Source: a virus (Duplodnaviria > Caudoviricetes). From it: a stretch of DNA of 64,000 bases. The notes under the pieces were generated by a model. It had not been told where the DNA came from, did no database searches, and was given only the letters and a program-made list of their open reading frames with translations. This document shows positions 47,324 to 57,761 of this stretch, piece by piece; position 1 is the first letter of the stretch; each line of letters opens with the position of its first letter. Position numbers and translations under genes: made by a program. The DNA lies in the IMG/VR virus record IMGVR_UViG_3300026522_000021; one strand, written 5' to 3'.

Positions 47324-48427
47324 ATGATGAATACTACTTACGAGTTAAACAATCTTCGTAAAGATGCTGATTACCTGAACAGAGAAATGCGTGCGACATC
47401 TATCGTGTCCGAAGTTTTCTCTGCTATGGTTAACGGCAAAGAAGTTGGCGCTATTAAGGGCGCAGATAAAGCAGTTAATTACATTAAAGAGCTTGGCGCT
47501 CGTGCTGAGAATGGTGATTTCAACGCCGTTGCTGAACTGAATACACTTCGTAGATTTGTTATCGAAACTCCACTGCTTCAGGAAATGAAGATGCTTTCTA
47601 TCTTCGGTTCTTATCAGGCTGTTGGTTTCGATGAGACTATCGAGCGTGAAGTTTACAAGCATGTTGGCGAGAAATCTCGCGAACAGGCTGCTGGTGGCGA
47701 TGTTGTGTTCCCGGCAATCGTTAAGGATGTTTATCCTGTTCCTACATTCACCGTTTCTGGTGGTTATGCCGTTGACTATCGTAGGGTAGCTCTTGGCGAT
47801 ATGTCCAAAGAGAACGAGGGCATGGAACAGGTTCGTATTGATATTCGCAACAAGGCTAACCGTGCCATTATCAAGAAAATCTACAAAGCTATTCATGATG
47901 CTACTGGCGTGAAGTATGCTTTCGAGAATGCTGGACTGACAAAGGCTGGCGTTGATGGCGTTCTGACCAAGATTCGTAGATTTGGTCGCCCAACCGTAAT
48001 CGGTGACTATGCTCTTCTGTCTCAGTTCACTCCTTGGGCTGGATACGTTGGCACTATCGCTTCTAATACCATCACTGGTATTTCTGAAGCTCAGATGAAT
48101 GAGATCGCTCAGAATGGTCTGCTTGGAATGTACAATGGTGCTGTTCTGACTGAAATTGACAATCCGTATGATGAGGCTACTCTGAATGCGGCTGGTACTG
48201 ATTTCGAGACTATGCTTCCTGCTGGTCTTGGTTTCATTGTTCCTGCTGGTGCGCAGTCTCCTATCGCTACTTACACTCGTGGTGGTCTGACTTCCTTCAC
48301 TGGTAACAATGTGAAGAATGGTCGTGTTGAGAGTAGATTCGACATCGAGGTTGGATGTGATCTTGCCAAGGGTCAGGAATATAAAATTGGTATGTTCTAT
48401 GACAGTAACATTGGGGGATTAGCTTAA
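47324..48427 (+). CDS. major capsid protein
   Basis: 367 aa, strongly biased codons, GLLGMYNG segment; position and following terminator (~48474-48501). Confidence 0.8.
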   Translation: MMNTTYELNNLRKDADYLNREMRATSIVSEVFSAMVNGKEVGAIKGADKAVNYIKELGARAENGDFNAVAELNTLRRFVIETPLLQEMKMLSIFGSYQAVGFDETIEREVYKHVGEKSREQAAGGDVVFPAIVKDVYPVPTFTVSGGYAVDYRRVALGDMSKENEGMEQVRIDIRNKANRAIIKKIYKAIHDATGVKYAFENAGLTKAGVDGVLTKIRRFGRPTVIGDYALLSQFTPWAGYVGTIASNTITGISEAQMNEIAQNGLLGMYNGAVLTEIDNPYDEATLNAAGTDFETMLPAGLGFIVPAGAQSPIATYTRGGLTSFTGNNVKNGRVESRFDIEVGCDLAKGQEYKIGMFYDSNIGGLA

Positions 48428-48521
48428 TTTAATAACAAGTTTGCGAGATAATTACTCGCCACTTGAATCGCTAAAGAGGACTGCCTAAACAGTCCTCTTT
48501 TATATTGGATGGTGAGTATAA

Positions 48522-49463
48522 ATGTCTAAAGTAATTACACATGAAGATTTTGTTAATGATGTTAAAAAGAAACATCCACATATAGACGTAATCGGTCGTT
48601 ATAGAAAAATGAGAATGCCAATAATGTTTCATTGTAACATACATGACTATGATTTTGAAATAATGCCTATGTCTATTCTTAAATCAGAACACGGATGCAA
48701 ATATTGTGCTATTGATTATGTTTCTGAACGTGTTAGAAAAACAAACGATGAATTTATAAAGGAAGTTGAAGGTATAAATCCAAATACAGAGATTGTTGGT
48801 GAATACAAAACTTCTCATACGAAAATTAAATGCAAATGTAAAAAATGTGGAAATGAATGGGATTCGATGCCTTATTCGTTAATTCGAGGTTATGGATGTA
48901 AAAATTGTGCAATGGAATATGTTCAAAATTATCGAATTAAATCTCATGAACAATTCATTAGCGAGTTTAATGAACGTAACTTGAATCATAGAACAATAGA
49001 TATTATAAGCAGATATACAAAAGATGATGAACCAATAACATGTAGATGTAAAGTATGTGGACACGTTTGGCAAACTAAAGCACATAATCTTATAGGGAAA
49101 AGAAGTCCATCTGGCTGTCCTATATGCAATACATCAAAAGGCGAATTGAAAATTCTAACATTTCTTGAAAATAACGATGTTAATTTCGAATGGCAAAAAT
49201 CATTTTCTGATTTAAAAGGTATTGGTGGTGGATTATTATCATATGACTTCTATCTACCAGATAACAATATACTTATTGAATATCATGGCGAATTTCATGA
49301 TGGCACAGCTAATTCTCAATCATACGAACAGCTTGAATATCAGAAAGAACATGATAGGCGTAAACGTAAATATGCAAATGATAACAAAATCCAGTTGCTT
49401 GAAATTTGGTATAAAGATTTTAATAACATAGAACAGATTCTTAAAGACAATCTCGCAGCATAA
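48522..49463 (+). CDS. free-standing homing endonuclease-like protein (zinc-ribbon repeats + Vsr/DUF559-like nuclease)
   Basis: Three CxxC/GCxxC repeats; SKGE..YDFYLP..IEYHGEFH..D..K. Confidence 0.8.
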   Translation: MSKVITHEDFVNDVKKKHPHIDVIGRYRKMRMPIMFHCNIHDYDFEIMPMSILKSEHGCKYCAIDYVSERVRKTNDEFIKEVEGINPNTEIVGEYKTSHTKIKCKCKKCGNEWDSMPYSLIRGYGCKNCAMEYVQNYRIKSHEQFISEFNERNLNHRTIDIISRYTKDDEPITCRCKVCGHVWQTKAHNLIGKRSPSGCPICNTSKGELKILTFLENNDVNFEWQKSFSDLKGIGGGLLSYDFYLPDNNILIEYHGEFHDGTANSQSYEQLEYQKEHDRRKRKYANDNKIQLLEIWYKDFNNIEQILKDNLAA

Positions 49464-49480
49464 ATATAAGAGGTGCAAAT

Positions 49481-49666
49481 ATGGAAAACAATGAAAACTT
49501 TTATTGTTATTCTTTAAGACTATTCCATTATTTGTGCGCGTTTAATGAAAAGTGCTATGCTTCAAAAGTTAATGCATCATCAGGAAATCGCTATTGGGTT
49601 TTCAAGAAATCAGATAAGTTGGATGCACTAATCAAATCTTATAATGAAGCTAAACATAAATTTTAG
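49481..49666 (+). CDS. small hypothetical protein
   Basis: GAGGT RBS; FYCYS..L...YWVF. Confidence 0.65.
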   Translation: MENNENFYCYSLRLFHYLCAFNEKCYASKVNASSGNRYWVFKKSDKLDALIKSYNEAKHKF

Positions 49667-49703
49667 TTGAAAACAGAAAAATAGTTGAAATGAGGTATTA
49701 AGT

Positions 49704-50273
49704 ATGGGAAGAACTACAACGGCGAAAAAAGTCTCTGAAGAGAACTTAAACGAAACGCCAAAAGAAGTTGAAACTGTAGTGGCGCAAGAAGTTGAACAGC
49801 CATTAAATTTGGAACAGCAAGTGACAGTTAAAAGTATTGCAGGATGGACTACAGGATTTGCGAGAATGCTTACTGTCGGAGATGTAACCATTCCGAGTAG
49901 GGGTTCTATTAGAATGTCGAGAAATGAAATCATTTCGCAGATTCATAATAACAATAATCTGTTTAATGGAATTGACGGATATGGCGGTCATGCAACATTA
50001 ATTATTGAAGATAAGCCAACCTTAAAAGAAGTTGGATTTAATTCTGATAATCAGTTTAGTGACGGTCTTGTGAAAACGTTATTTGAGATTAGAAACCAAG
50101 GCGAATTTGAAGATGAACTTAAAAAGAGAATTATTACTCGTGCGGAGAAATATGCTCTGATGGTTTCAATCATTAAACAGAACTTAAATGATTTCAGTAA
50201 AATCCGTTTCTGCGAAACTTACACTGGATATAAAATGGATAAAGTAGAACAAGACGAAAAGAATATTCGTTAA
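49704..50273 (+). CDS. hypothetical virion-module protein
   Basis: RBS; position. Confidence 0.7.
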   Translation: MGRTTTAKKVSEENLNETPKEVETVVAQEVEQPLNLEQQVTVKSIAGWTTGFARMLTVGDVTIPSRGSIRMSRNEIISQIHNNNNLFNGIDGYGGHATLIIEDKPTLKEVGFNSDNQFSDGLVKTLFEIRNQGEFEDELKKRIITRAEKYALMVSIIKQNLNDFSKIRFCETYTGYKMDKVEQDEKNIR

Positions 50274-50290
50274 ATAATGAGGTGATTCAA

Positions 50291-50683
50291 ATGGAAGGAA
50301 CAACCGCCAATGAAGTATTCGATAGTTTTGATAGTTCATTTCGCGATAAAGAAATAATTCCAGATGGACTCAAATTAGTATGGCTGAAAAAGGCAGTTGC
50401 TCGTTATTCCACTGAACTTGAAACACTTGAATTTAACGAGGAAGAAATGTCTTTTGATACAGTCATTGACCAGTATGTTGTTGATACACTTGCGGCTTTT
50501 ATGAAACAGATGTATCAGGAAAGAGAAACATCAAAGGTTAATAAGCGCGTTTCAATCGTTTCCAAAGATATATCTGTAGATGGTGGCGGTCACTCTAAGA
50601 CAGCTGCGAAAAATGAACTTGATTATGATTCTTCAAAATCTGCCTATATGGTTCAGATGCAAAAACCAACGGCATATGATTAA
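50291..50683 (+). CDS. putative head-tail adaptor
   Basis: Size and position. Confidence 0.5.
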   Translation: MEGTTANEVFDSFDSSFRDKEIIPDGLKLVWLKKAVARYSTELETLEFNEEEMSFDTVIDQYVVDTLAAFMKQMYQERETSKVNKRVSIVSKDISVDGGGHSKTAAKNELDYDSSKSAYMVQMQKPTAYD

Positions 50684-50695
50684 GGTGGTGATACT

Positions 50696-51784
50696 ATGGC
50701 AACTGAATGGTATTTAATGAAACCACCGTATTCGCAAACAAGCGGATTTGAAGATGAAGTGATGGACTTTGCACAAGACGCTTTTACCGAGGCTCTTGAT
50801 AGTCCAATCGCAATTGAAGTTGAATACTGTAACGCAGACTTGTCAATCTGCTCTCCTATTCAAGCTATAATACAGAACAAAGTTCAAGATACGAAACTAA
50901 ATGCTTTTACAAGACATTTACTTGTACCTATTGGGACATGCAAAGCAGGATATTACATACATTATAAAAATCGTTATTGGCTAATTGTTGGTCTTGTTGA
51001 TGACAATGGAATGTATGAAAAAGCTGTTTTAACTCTATGCAATTGGAAATTAGCATGGAAAAATGATAAAGGTAATATCGTTGAAAGATGGTCAAGCATT
51101 CAATCGGCATCACAGTATAATAACGGTCAAAGAGATAATAGATATTATATTCTTAGAACGGATCAGCTTTTGATTTGTATGCCAGATGATGACGAATGTA
51201 TTATGCTTGATAGCGGACAACGCTTTATTATAGACAAGCGCATTGATATATATGAACGTAGTATAGGGGAAGATGAAAAATCTGTTACTTCAAATAAAGT
51301 AATAACATATCAAGTCACAAGAAATGATAGTGTTCTATATAATTATATAGATAGTGGACATTATGAAATATTGGTAACGCAAGACGAACAGCATGAGGGC
51401 GATGGATATTATCGTGTTGGCGATAAAGGATATTGGCTATGCTTAGAGGATGAACATTCTGGCGTTTTAGAAGATTTATCATCAGAAACAGATGCGGATA
51501 CTGTTGCTACCGCAAAGATAATCTATGATGATGACAAGATTTATTCTGGTCTAAGTGCTTCAGAGTTCACTGCTGTATTTTATGATGCCGAAGGTAATGT
51601 GATTGATGGCAATGCTGAATGGACTATCAATTGTGACTTTTTAGATAAACTGCAAGTAGATTATATTAATAATACAATTTGCATTTCGGTTGATGATTTG
51701 TCTCTGCTTAATAAATCATTTGAGTTATTTTTGAATAACGATGAAAATACGAAACTGACAATTACTATTGTTGGATTGATATAA
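50696..51784 (+). CDS. putative head-closure/neck protein
   Basis: Position; G.YIHY..YWLI...CNWKLAW pattern. Confidence 0.55.
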   Translation: MATEWYLMKPPYSQTSGFEDEVMDFAQDAFTEALDSPIAIEVEYCNADLSICSPIQAIIQNKVQDTKLNAFTRHLLVPIGTCKAGYYIHYKNRYWLIVGLVDDNGMYEKAVLTLCNWKLAWKNDKGNIVERWSSIQSASQYNNGQRDNRYYILRTDQLLICMPDDDECIMLDSGQRFIIDKRIDIYERSIGEDEKSVTSNKVITYQVTRNDSVLYNYIDSGHYEILVTQDEQHEGDGYYRVGDKGYWLCLEDEHSGVLEDLSSETDADTVATAKIIYDDDKIYSGLSASEFTAVFYDAEGNVIDGNAEWTINCDFLDKLQVDYINNTICISVDDLSLLNKSFELFLNNDENTKLTITIVGLI

Positions 51785-51798
51785 GGAGTTAAGGAGAG

Positions 51799-52284
51799 AT
51801 GGCAAGAAAGTTAACCACAAAAGAATTGGGATTATATAAGACTCGTATATCAAACGCTCTCCTTAAATCGGATGATATAAAAGATTTGATGTTTGGTGAT
51901 ACGAGCAATCTTAAATCAAAAGACTTATTGCTTGAGTTTAAAAATCATGTAAATTCTCATTTATTTATAGACGATACAATTACGGATACATCCACATATA
52001 TATTCTTTGATGTAATGTTACCAAGAATGCGACCACAGGTAAAAAACGTTCAAGTATATATATATGCAATTTGTCATCGTGATATTTTGGAGAATTATTC
52101 GAAAGAAAACTATTACGGTAATCGTGCTGATATTCTTTCAGAAATGATTGAAGAAACTCTTTTAGATGAAGATATTGTCAAGGAATTTGGTATAGGTGAT
52201 TTAGAACTGGACAACGTAGACATCTATAATTCAACCACATTCTATGGGCGTATCTTAACATTTAGTGTTAATAACTTCAGATGA
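51799..52284 (+). CDS. putative tail terminator
   Basis: Size and position. Confidence 0.5.
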   Translation: MARKLTTKELGLYKTRISNALLKSDDIKDLMFGDTSNLKSKDLLLEFKNHVNSHLFIDDTITDTSTYIFFDVMLPRMRPQVKNVQVYIYAICHRDILENYSKENYYGNRADILSEMIEETLLDEDIVKEFGIGDLELDNVDIYNSTTFYGRILTFSVNNFR

Positions 52285-53096
52285 AGTTAGATTATTTTAC
52301 ACTATTATGTCCAGAACCGATTTCGTTGTCAATCGGAACAATTAGACAGCCTACCTTGCGAGACATAGGGAAATTGACATACCCAAAGTTTGGTATGTAT
52401 CAGGTGTATTTAAAATTAACGCCAAGGGATTATTATATGTATCTCAATCGAAGTCAAGGTGAATTATATTGGGATATTCTTCAGGAAGAACAACAAAAAG
52501 AAATTACGCTTTATGATGTTATCTTGATTGAGAAGCCAATACTATACACATATCTTGAAATATTTAATTTCTTTTTTGTAGAAAGGGTTATCTTTAGAGA
52601 TAATCTTTTTTTGATTGTTGATACGGATGATTATGATACATTACCAGAGGATTTAGAATTAAATAATCAAAATGTCAAAGGGATGATAAATCCTATGACG
52701 TTGGCTGATGTTTTGGATATACTTCAACAGGTTTGTTGTATAAAAAGCAATGATCCGCTTGACGATCCAAAACCTAAATTTAAAAACGAAAAAGCAAGAA
52801 GGTTGTATGAAAGGATGCTTAAAGCGAAGGAAAAGGAAAATAAAAGGAAGGCACAAAAGGATTTTTACAATATGTCGTTGCCTAATATTATTTCCGCAAC
52901 CGCAGCTAAAAACCCCGGACTGAACATTATTAATATTTGGGATGCCACGCTATTCCAACTATACGATCAGTTTGAGAAGGCGCAGAATGATGATGCGCAT
53001 TACATGAACAGTGTTCGTGTCGCTGTTTGGGGAGATGAGAAAAATCAATTCGACCCATCGCTTTGGTATAAAAATAATTTTGATAAACAAGTATAG
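52281..53096 (+). CDS. hypothetical tail-module protein
   Basis: Coupled ORF; NIWDATLFQLYDQF. Confidence 0.65.
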   Translation: MKLDYFTLLCPEPISLSIGTIRQPTLRDIGKLTYPKFGMYQVYLKLTPRDYYMYLNRSQGELYWDILQEEQQKEITLYDVILIEKPILYTYLEIFNFFFVERVIFRDNLFLIVDTDDYDTLPEDLELNNQNVKGMINPMTLADVLDILQQVCCIKSNDPLDDPKPKFKNEKARRLYERMLKAKEKENKRKAQKDFYNMSLPNIISATAAKNPGLNIINIWDATLFQLYDQFEKAQNDDAHYMNSVRVAVWGDEKNQFDPSLWYKNNFDKQV

Positions 53097-53138
53097 GGCT
53101 TGCATAGGGCAAGTCCTTTTTATTAAGGAGGATTTATT

Positions 53139-54244
53139 ATGCCTGATATTAATAAAGCTAATCGACAGGTGTGCGATGTTGATATTCGTGTGTTAAAGAC
53201 AATGGCTCCATTCCTGTTCTTCGATACCGCTAATACTACCACAGCTGGTCTGTCTGGTGATTCTGTTTATGCTATGAAGAAGGGTGTGCGTGCAATCGCG
53301 TTCCATAATCCGATTGAAGGTACTATGACTATCGAGGCACAGGTTATGCCGTTCAAGGCTTATTCCCTGTTCTCTGATGGTACTATTGATAACACAGCTG
53401 CTTATGCTGTGAAGAAAACTATTAAATGTACTACTGCTGGCGAACTTGATATTACTGGCGCAAAGGCTGGCACTGTGTTCGTGTATGCTTCTGGTGAGTT
53501 TGGCAATACACAGATTGCAGGAACTTATGCTTCTAACAAGTTCACCGCTACTACCAAAAATGATATTGCGGTCGATACCGAGTATGAAGTTGGTTACATC
53601 GTAGAAAGAACTGAGAATGTTAAGAAGGTTTCCTTCAATAACAAGAAAGTTCCGAAGGATTATTACATTACAATGTCTACTCTGGATAAGGGTGAGGATG
53701 ATTCCCTTACACCTTTCATTATGACTGCTTACAAAGCGTCTATCCAGAGAAACTTCGAGCTTTCCTTCTCTTCTGAAGGCGATCCTGCTTCTGTGACAAT
53801 CACATTAAATAATGATAGTGTGCGCGTACAGAAATGTGCGTGATAAGATAACCTATTGAATTGCTGAAAAACCCTAAAGCTATATATACTACAACGTAAG
53901 AATGAAATAAGTCTAAGCGTGAATGTTGCGAAAGCTGAAAGAAATATATAGATGATATAAGGTTAAATCCTAAGTATTGGAATAATGGGCAACCAGCAGC
54001 TAAGACTCGAATAGAGTAAAGTTCAACGACTATCCGTAAGGAGTACACCATAAGCTATTGATGGTGGAAGTGGTAGGCATCCGCAAGGATGAAGATATAG
54101 TCTGCACTTCGTATGAAAGTACGAGAAGCGTATTATACGCTTGGGAATATATAGCGAATATTCCTTAACACAATGGTTGATTTACTTGAAGATAAAAATG
54201 GTAATGTTCTTGATATGATCGAGGACACAACTGACGTAGAGTAA
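53139..54244 (+). CDS. major tail (tube) protein, spliced: join(53139..53805,54177..54244), 244 aa
   Basis: Splicing restores FSSEGDPASVTIT-F-DLLEDKNGNVLDM; strong codon bias; terminator at ~54253. Confidence 0.8.
53806..54176 (+). ncRNA. group I intron (ORF-less) in the major tail gene
   Basis: P1 CACAU/GUGUG with U-G pair; P AATTGCTGAAA, Q AACCAGCAG, R GTTCAACGACTA, S AAGATATAGTC; ends in G. Confidence 0.9.
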
Positions 54245-54289
54245 TATTTGTATGGGCGAGTGAAATATCTCGCCCTTTTCTATTGAATT

Positions 54290-55576
54290 ATGGGAAATAA
54301 GTTTGGTGATTTTAAATATAAAATTGGGGATGTAATTAGCGATGCTTCACGAAGCATTGAGGTGATTGATAGATTTTATATTCCAAAATCAAAATTCAAA
54401 AATGGAAAGGCATATACGCAGAATGAAAAATGGTATAAGTATAAGTGCCTAAAATGTGGGAATGAAGATTCTATCAGAGAATATTCATTGTGTGGTCAGA
54501 ATACAGGATGTAACGCTTGTTGTATTCCACCTAAGAAAATAGTAAAAGGAATAAATGATATTTCTACAACTGCGCCTTGGATGATGAATTATATAATAGA
54601 CAAAAACTATTGTTATTCTAATGCAAAATACAGTAATGTAAAAACCATGATGAAATGTCCTGATTGTGGGCGCGTTATTGAGAAGTCAGCGTTAAACTTA
54701 TATTCAAATCACGGCTTATCTTGTATATGTGGCGATGGTAAAAGCTATCCAAACAAATTCATGTACGCTGTTCTCGAACAATTAAATATTGAGTTCTCTA
54801 CAGAGAAAATATTTGATTGGTCAAATCACAAAGTATACGACTTTTATATTAAAAGTAATGATTGTGATATTATTATCGAAATGCAAGGAATGCAACATTA
54901 TAGTAGAAGTATTTCTAATAAAGGAAGGACGCTTCAAGAAGAAATAGAGAATGATACTTTTAAAGAGTCTGTCGCGATTGATAATGGCATTAAGTATTAT
55001 TTCAAAATAAATGCATCTGTTTCTGATTGTGACTTTATTAAAAATAATATATTGCAATCTGGTTTATTGAACATACTAAATGCAACAGAGGAAGATATAG
55101 ATTGGGATAAATGCAATAGTATTGCAACATCAAATCTATATAAAATGATTTCGATATATCATAACGATAATCCGTTATTAAAAAGGGATGAAATTGCAAA
55201 GTATTTTAACGTATCTGGAAATTATGTTTGGAAAGCTGTAAAATCTGGTGTCAAATTTGGATGGTGTGAGTACACTCTTCAAGATACGCGTAAAATAAAA
55301 GAATCAAGTCTCCTTATAGATCACGGTGGGAAACCAATTTATTGTGTTACCACAGATAAGTATTATTGCAGTTCATCTATTGCTTGCACTCTCCTATTTG
55401 AACAAACTGGAATTAAACATAATTCAAGAGCATTAAGAAAATCAATTGAGCGAGATCAAAAATATAAAAACAATAAATATATATACATATCTCGCGAAGA
55501 ATTTAACGAAGCAAAATCCAAGTTCCCTGACAAATGTCATGGGAACTTTTTCAATATCAAGGAGAATGTAGCATGA
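54290..55576 (+). CDS. free-standing homing endonuclease-like protein (zinc ribbons + Vsr/DUF559-like + NUMOD-like tail)
   Basis: CLKCG, CPDCG, SYPNKF..YDFY..IIEMQGMQH..D..K, KPIYCVTT. Confidence 0.75.
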   Translation: MGNKFGDFKYKIGDVISDASRSIEVIDRFYIPKSKFKNGKAYTQNEKWYKYKCLKCGNEDSIREYSLCGQNTGCNACCIPPKKIVKGINDISTTAPWMMNYIIDKNYCYSNAKYSNVKTMMKCPDCGRVIEKSALNLYSNHGLSCICGDGKSYPNKFMYAVLEQLNIEFSTEKIFDWSNHKVYDFYIKSNDCDIIIEMQGMQHYSRSISNKGRTLQEEIENDTFKESVAIDNGIKYYFKINASVSDCDFIKNNILQSGLLNILNATEEDIDWDKCNSIATSNLYKMISIYHNDNPLLKRDEIAKYFNVSGNYVWKAVKSGVKFGWCEYTLQDTRKIKESSLLIDHGGKPIYCVTTDKYYCSSSIACTLLFEQTGIKHNSRALRKSIERDQKYKNNKYIYISREEFNEAKSKFPDKCHGNFFNIKENVA

Positions 55577-55842
55577 TTAAAGAATGTCCAGTCATTGAAA
55601 ATAACGATGCTGTTACTGTTGTCAGATTTGGCGACACGGATGTTCAGTTCTCTTCTATCGCGAAGGACGCGAAAACAGTGAAAGTCAAATACGACAATGG
55701 GAAATATTCTATTGTCGATCATGCGGAAGAAACTGATCCTATCGTTGATGAATCTGTCGAAGTGGCAGAACCAGTTAAAATTGATATTAAGAAAAATAAG
55801 AAAACAATCAAGAAGAAACTCGATGATGTAGTTGAAGAATAA
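55573..55842 (+). CDS. hypothetical protein
   Basis: AGGAG RBS; ATGA overlap. Confidence 0.7.
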   Translation: MIKECPVIENNDAVTVVRFGDTDVQFSSIAKDAKTVKVKYDNGKYSIVDHAEETDPIVDESVEVAEPVKIDIKKNKKTIKKKLDDVVEE

Positions 55843-55928
55843 GATTGTATTGGAGTTATAGATAAGGGTAACATCTTGCAATCTGTATGATGTTGCCCTT
55901 TTATTTTTTTATAGAGAAGAGGTAAGAA

Positions 55929-56162
55929 ATGAGAACAACAATTAATTTCGGATCATTGGAAGAAGCCATTGATTGCTATGGAAGGGAAAATTTAATTCCG
56001 ATAGACAATCTTAAACAGGCTATCTTTTATATTAAACATGGGTGTCAGCCACGATTTGTTTGGGAAAAAGAGAATAGTCCCGGAAAAATAACTTTCTGGT
56101 TTTTGAAAAGTGAAACTGCGTATATATATCAGAAGTGGTTAGATACATATCCACACAAGTAA
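55929..56162 (+). CDS. hypothetical protein
   Basis: GAGGT RBS. Confidence 0.7.
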   Translation: MRTTINFGSLEEAIDCYGRENLIPIDNLKQAIFYIKHGCQPRFVWEKENSPGKITFWFLKSETAYIYQKWLDTYPHK

Positions 56163-56683
56163 AATTGCAGAATATAGGAAAACGATTTGAGCAGGATTGG
56201 ATTAAAAGCGTTCCTGATTATGTAGGAGTTTTAAGAATACCAGATGCGGCGCAGTCATTTTATAAAAGCTCAAATCTTAGGTTTAGTCGAAAGAACCCAT
56301 TTGATTTTCTTCTTTGGTGTCCTAATACATTAACGCTATATACACTGGAATTAAAAACAGTGCAAGGCAAATCAATATCGTTTGAAAGAACCAAAGATGA
56401 ACATGGTGAGATCCATTATCATCAGATAATTGGATTAGAAAATTTTGAAAAAATAGGCGAATGTGTTTGTGGATTTATAATTGAATTTCGTGAATTAGAA
56501 ACGACAATATTTTTACCAATCAACGAGTTCATCAAATTGCAAGGTTTGATATCTAAGAAAAGTTTTAATTACAACGATTTGGTAAGTAACAACATTGGAT
56601 ACATTATTATTCCGCAGAAAGTATTGAAAACACATTATCGCTATGACATAGAATATTTTCTTAAAGAAACCGCTTTGCATTAA
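56135..56683 (+). CDS. recU: RecU-like Holliday junction resolvase
   Basis: GKRFE, PFDF, ELKT, HQI..L motifs; start uncertain. Confidence 0.75.
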   Translation: MVRYISTQVKLQNIGKRFEQDWIKSVPDYVGVLRIPDAAQSFYKSSNLRFSRKNPFDFLLWCPNTLTLYTLELKTVQGKSISFERTKDEHGEIHYHQIIGLENFEKIGECVCGFIIEFRELETTIFLPINEFIKLQGLISKKSFNYNDLVSNNIGYIIIPQKVLKTHYRYDIEYFLKETALH

Positions 56684-56704
56684 GCGGTATGGAGGTTTAT
56701 CAGA

Positions 56705-57286
56705 ATGAAATTCAATAATAAGTTAAATCTGGTTGAATATCTGCAAGTTGTCAATGAAATTGCAAATGAATTCTTTGACGAAAACACATATGAATACACA
56801 CCTCAAATCGGTGAAATGTTTGCCGTATGTGCATACTTCAATCATTGTGTAGAGCTTGAAGAAACAGACGATATTGTTATACATCCTATTGAAGATATTA
56901 TGGACATGCAACAGTTATATGACAACGCAGAGTTTATGAATCATTACAACGAAGCAATATTAGATTACGATGGTCATATTTCTCTTCTGTTTGGGTGCGC
57001 TTACGATCAAGCTAAAGATATTGTCGAATATAAAAAGAGTGATGCAAATGCTTTTGCTACTGCTATTTCCTCTGGAATGGGCGCGATTTTAAAATCTTTC
57101 AGAGATACTTTCTCTGATGAAGATATGGCTAAATTTACAGATATTGCAAAACAGATTACAGAAGGTAAATTGTCAAGCGAAGCGATTGTGGAAGCATATG
57201 GAAATTCAGATCGTTTCAAAGAGAAAACAGAAGAATTAAATGCATCTCATGAACCATCAGTAATTCCATTTCCGCAAAAGAAATAA
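56705..57286 (+). CDS. hypothetical protein (possible tail assembly chaperone)
   Basis: GGAGG RBS; position. Confidence 0.65.
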   Translation: MKFNNKLNLVEYLQVVNEIANEFFDENTYEYTPQIGEMFAVCAYFNHCVELEETDDIVIHPIEDIMDMQQLYDNAEFMNHYNEAILDYDGHISLLFGCAYDQAKDIVEYKKSDANAFATAISSGMGAILKSFRDTFSDEDMAKFTDIAKQITEGKLSSEAIVEAYGNSDRFKEKTEELNASHEPSVIPFPQKK

Positions 57287-57323
57287 TACAAGATATTTAA
57301 GTTTTTAAAAACGAGGAAACATT

Positions 57324-57749
57324 ATGCCAGTTGCAAGTAGTATGGGCGAGCTTGAACAAATGCTTCGCCATCAATTACAAAGCGCTATGCAAGTCGTTCA
57401 GGCAAAGGCTGAAGCGGATATGTTTGAAGAGGTGGGAAGTTTCTATTCTGGTGGAAGTCCTACAATTTATCAAAGAACTGGCGGTCTTGGTAGTTCACCG
57501 CGAACGACTGGTCTTTCCGTTGGTGGAAATTCGGTTAGCTTTGAAGCGTATCTTGAACCACCAAGCTATACTGTCCCGAACCCTGACTTTACAAGTCGCG
57601 GATATGCGAGTTACTTTTCACCTTTGCAAGCGATGAACGCTGCTGAATATCATTTTGCTAATGTACGTGGTAGACCCGGATTTTGGCAGAGATCAGAAAA
57701 GAGAATTGAAAACGATTTGAACAGCACATTAGCAAGTTTCTTTAGTTAG
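57324..57749 (+). CDS. putative tail-completion protein
   Basis: FY...P..YQRTG.L...RPGF pattern. Confidence 0.55.
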   Translation: MPVASSMGELEQMLRHQLQSAMQVVQAKAEADMFEEVGSFYSGGSPTIYQRTGGLGSSPRTTGLSVGGNSVSFEAYLEPPSYTVPNPDFTSRGYASYFSPLQAMNAAEYHFANVRGRPGFWQRSEKRIENDLNSTLASFFS

Positions 57750-57761
57750 GAGTGAGTATCA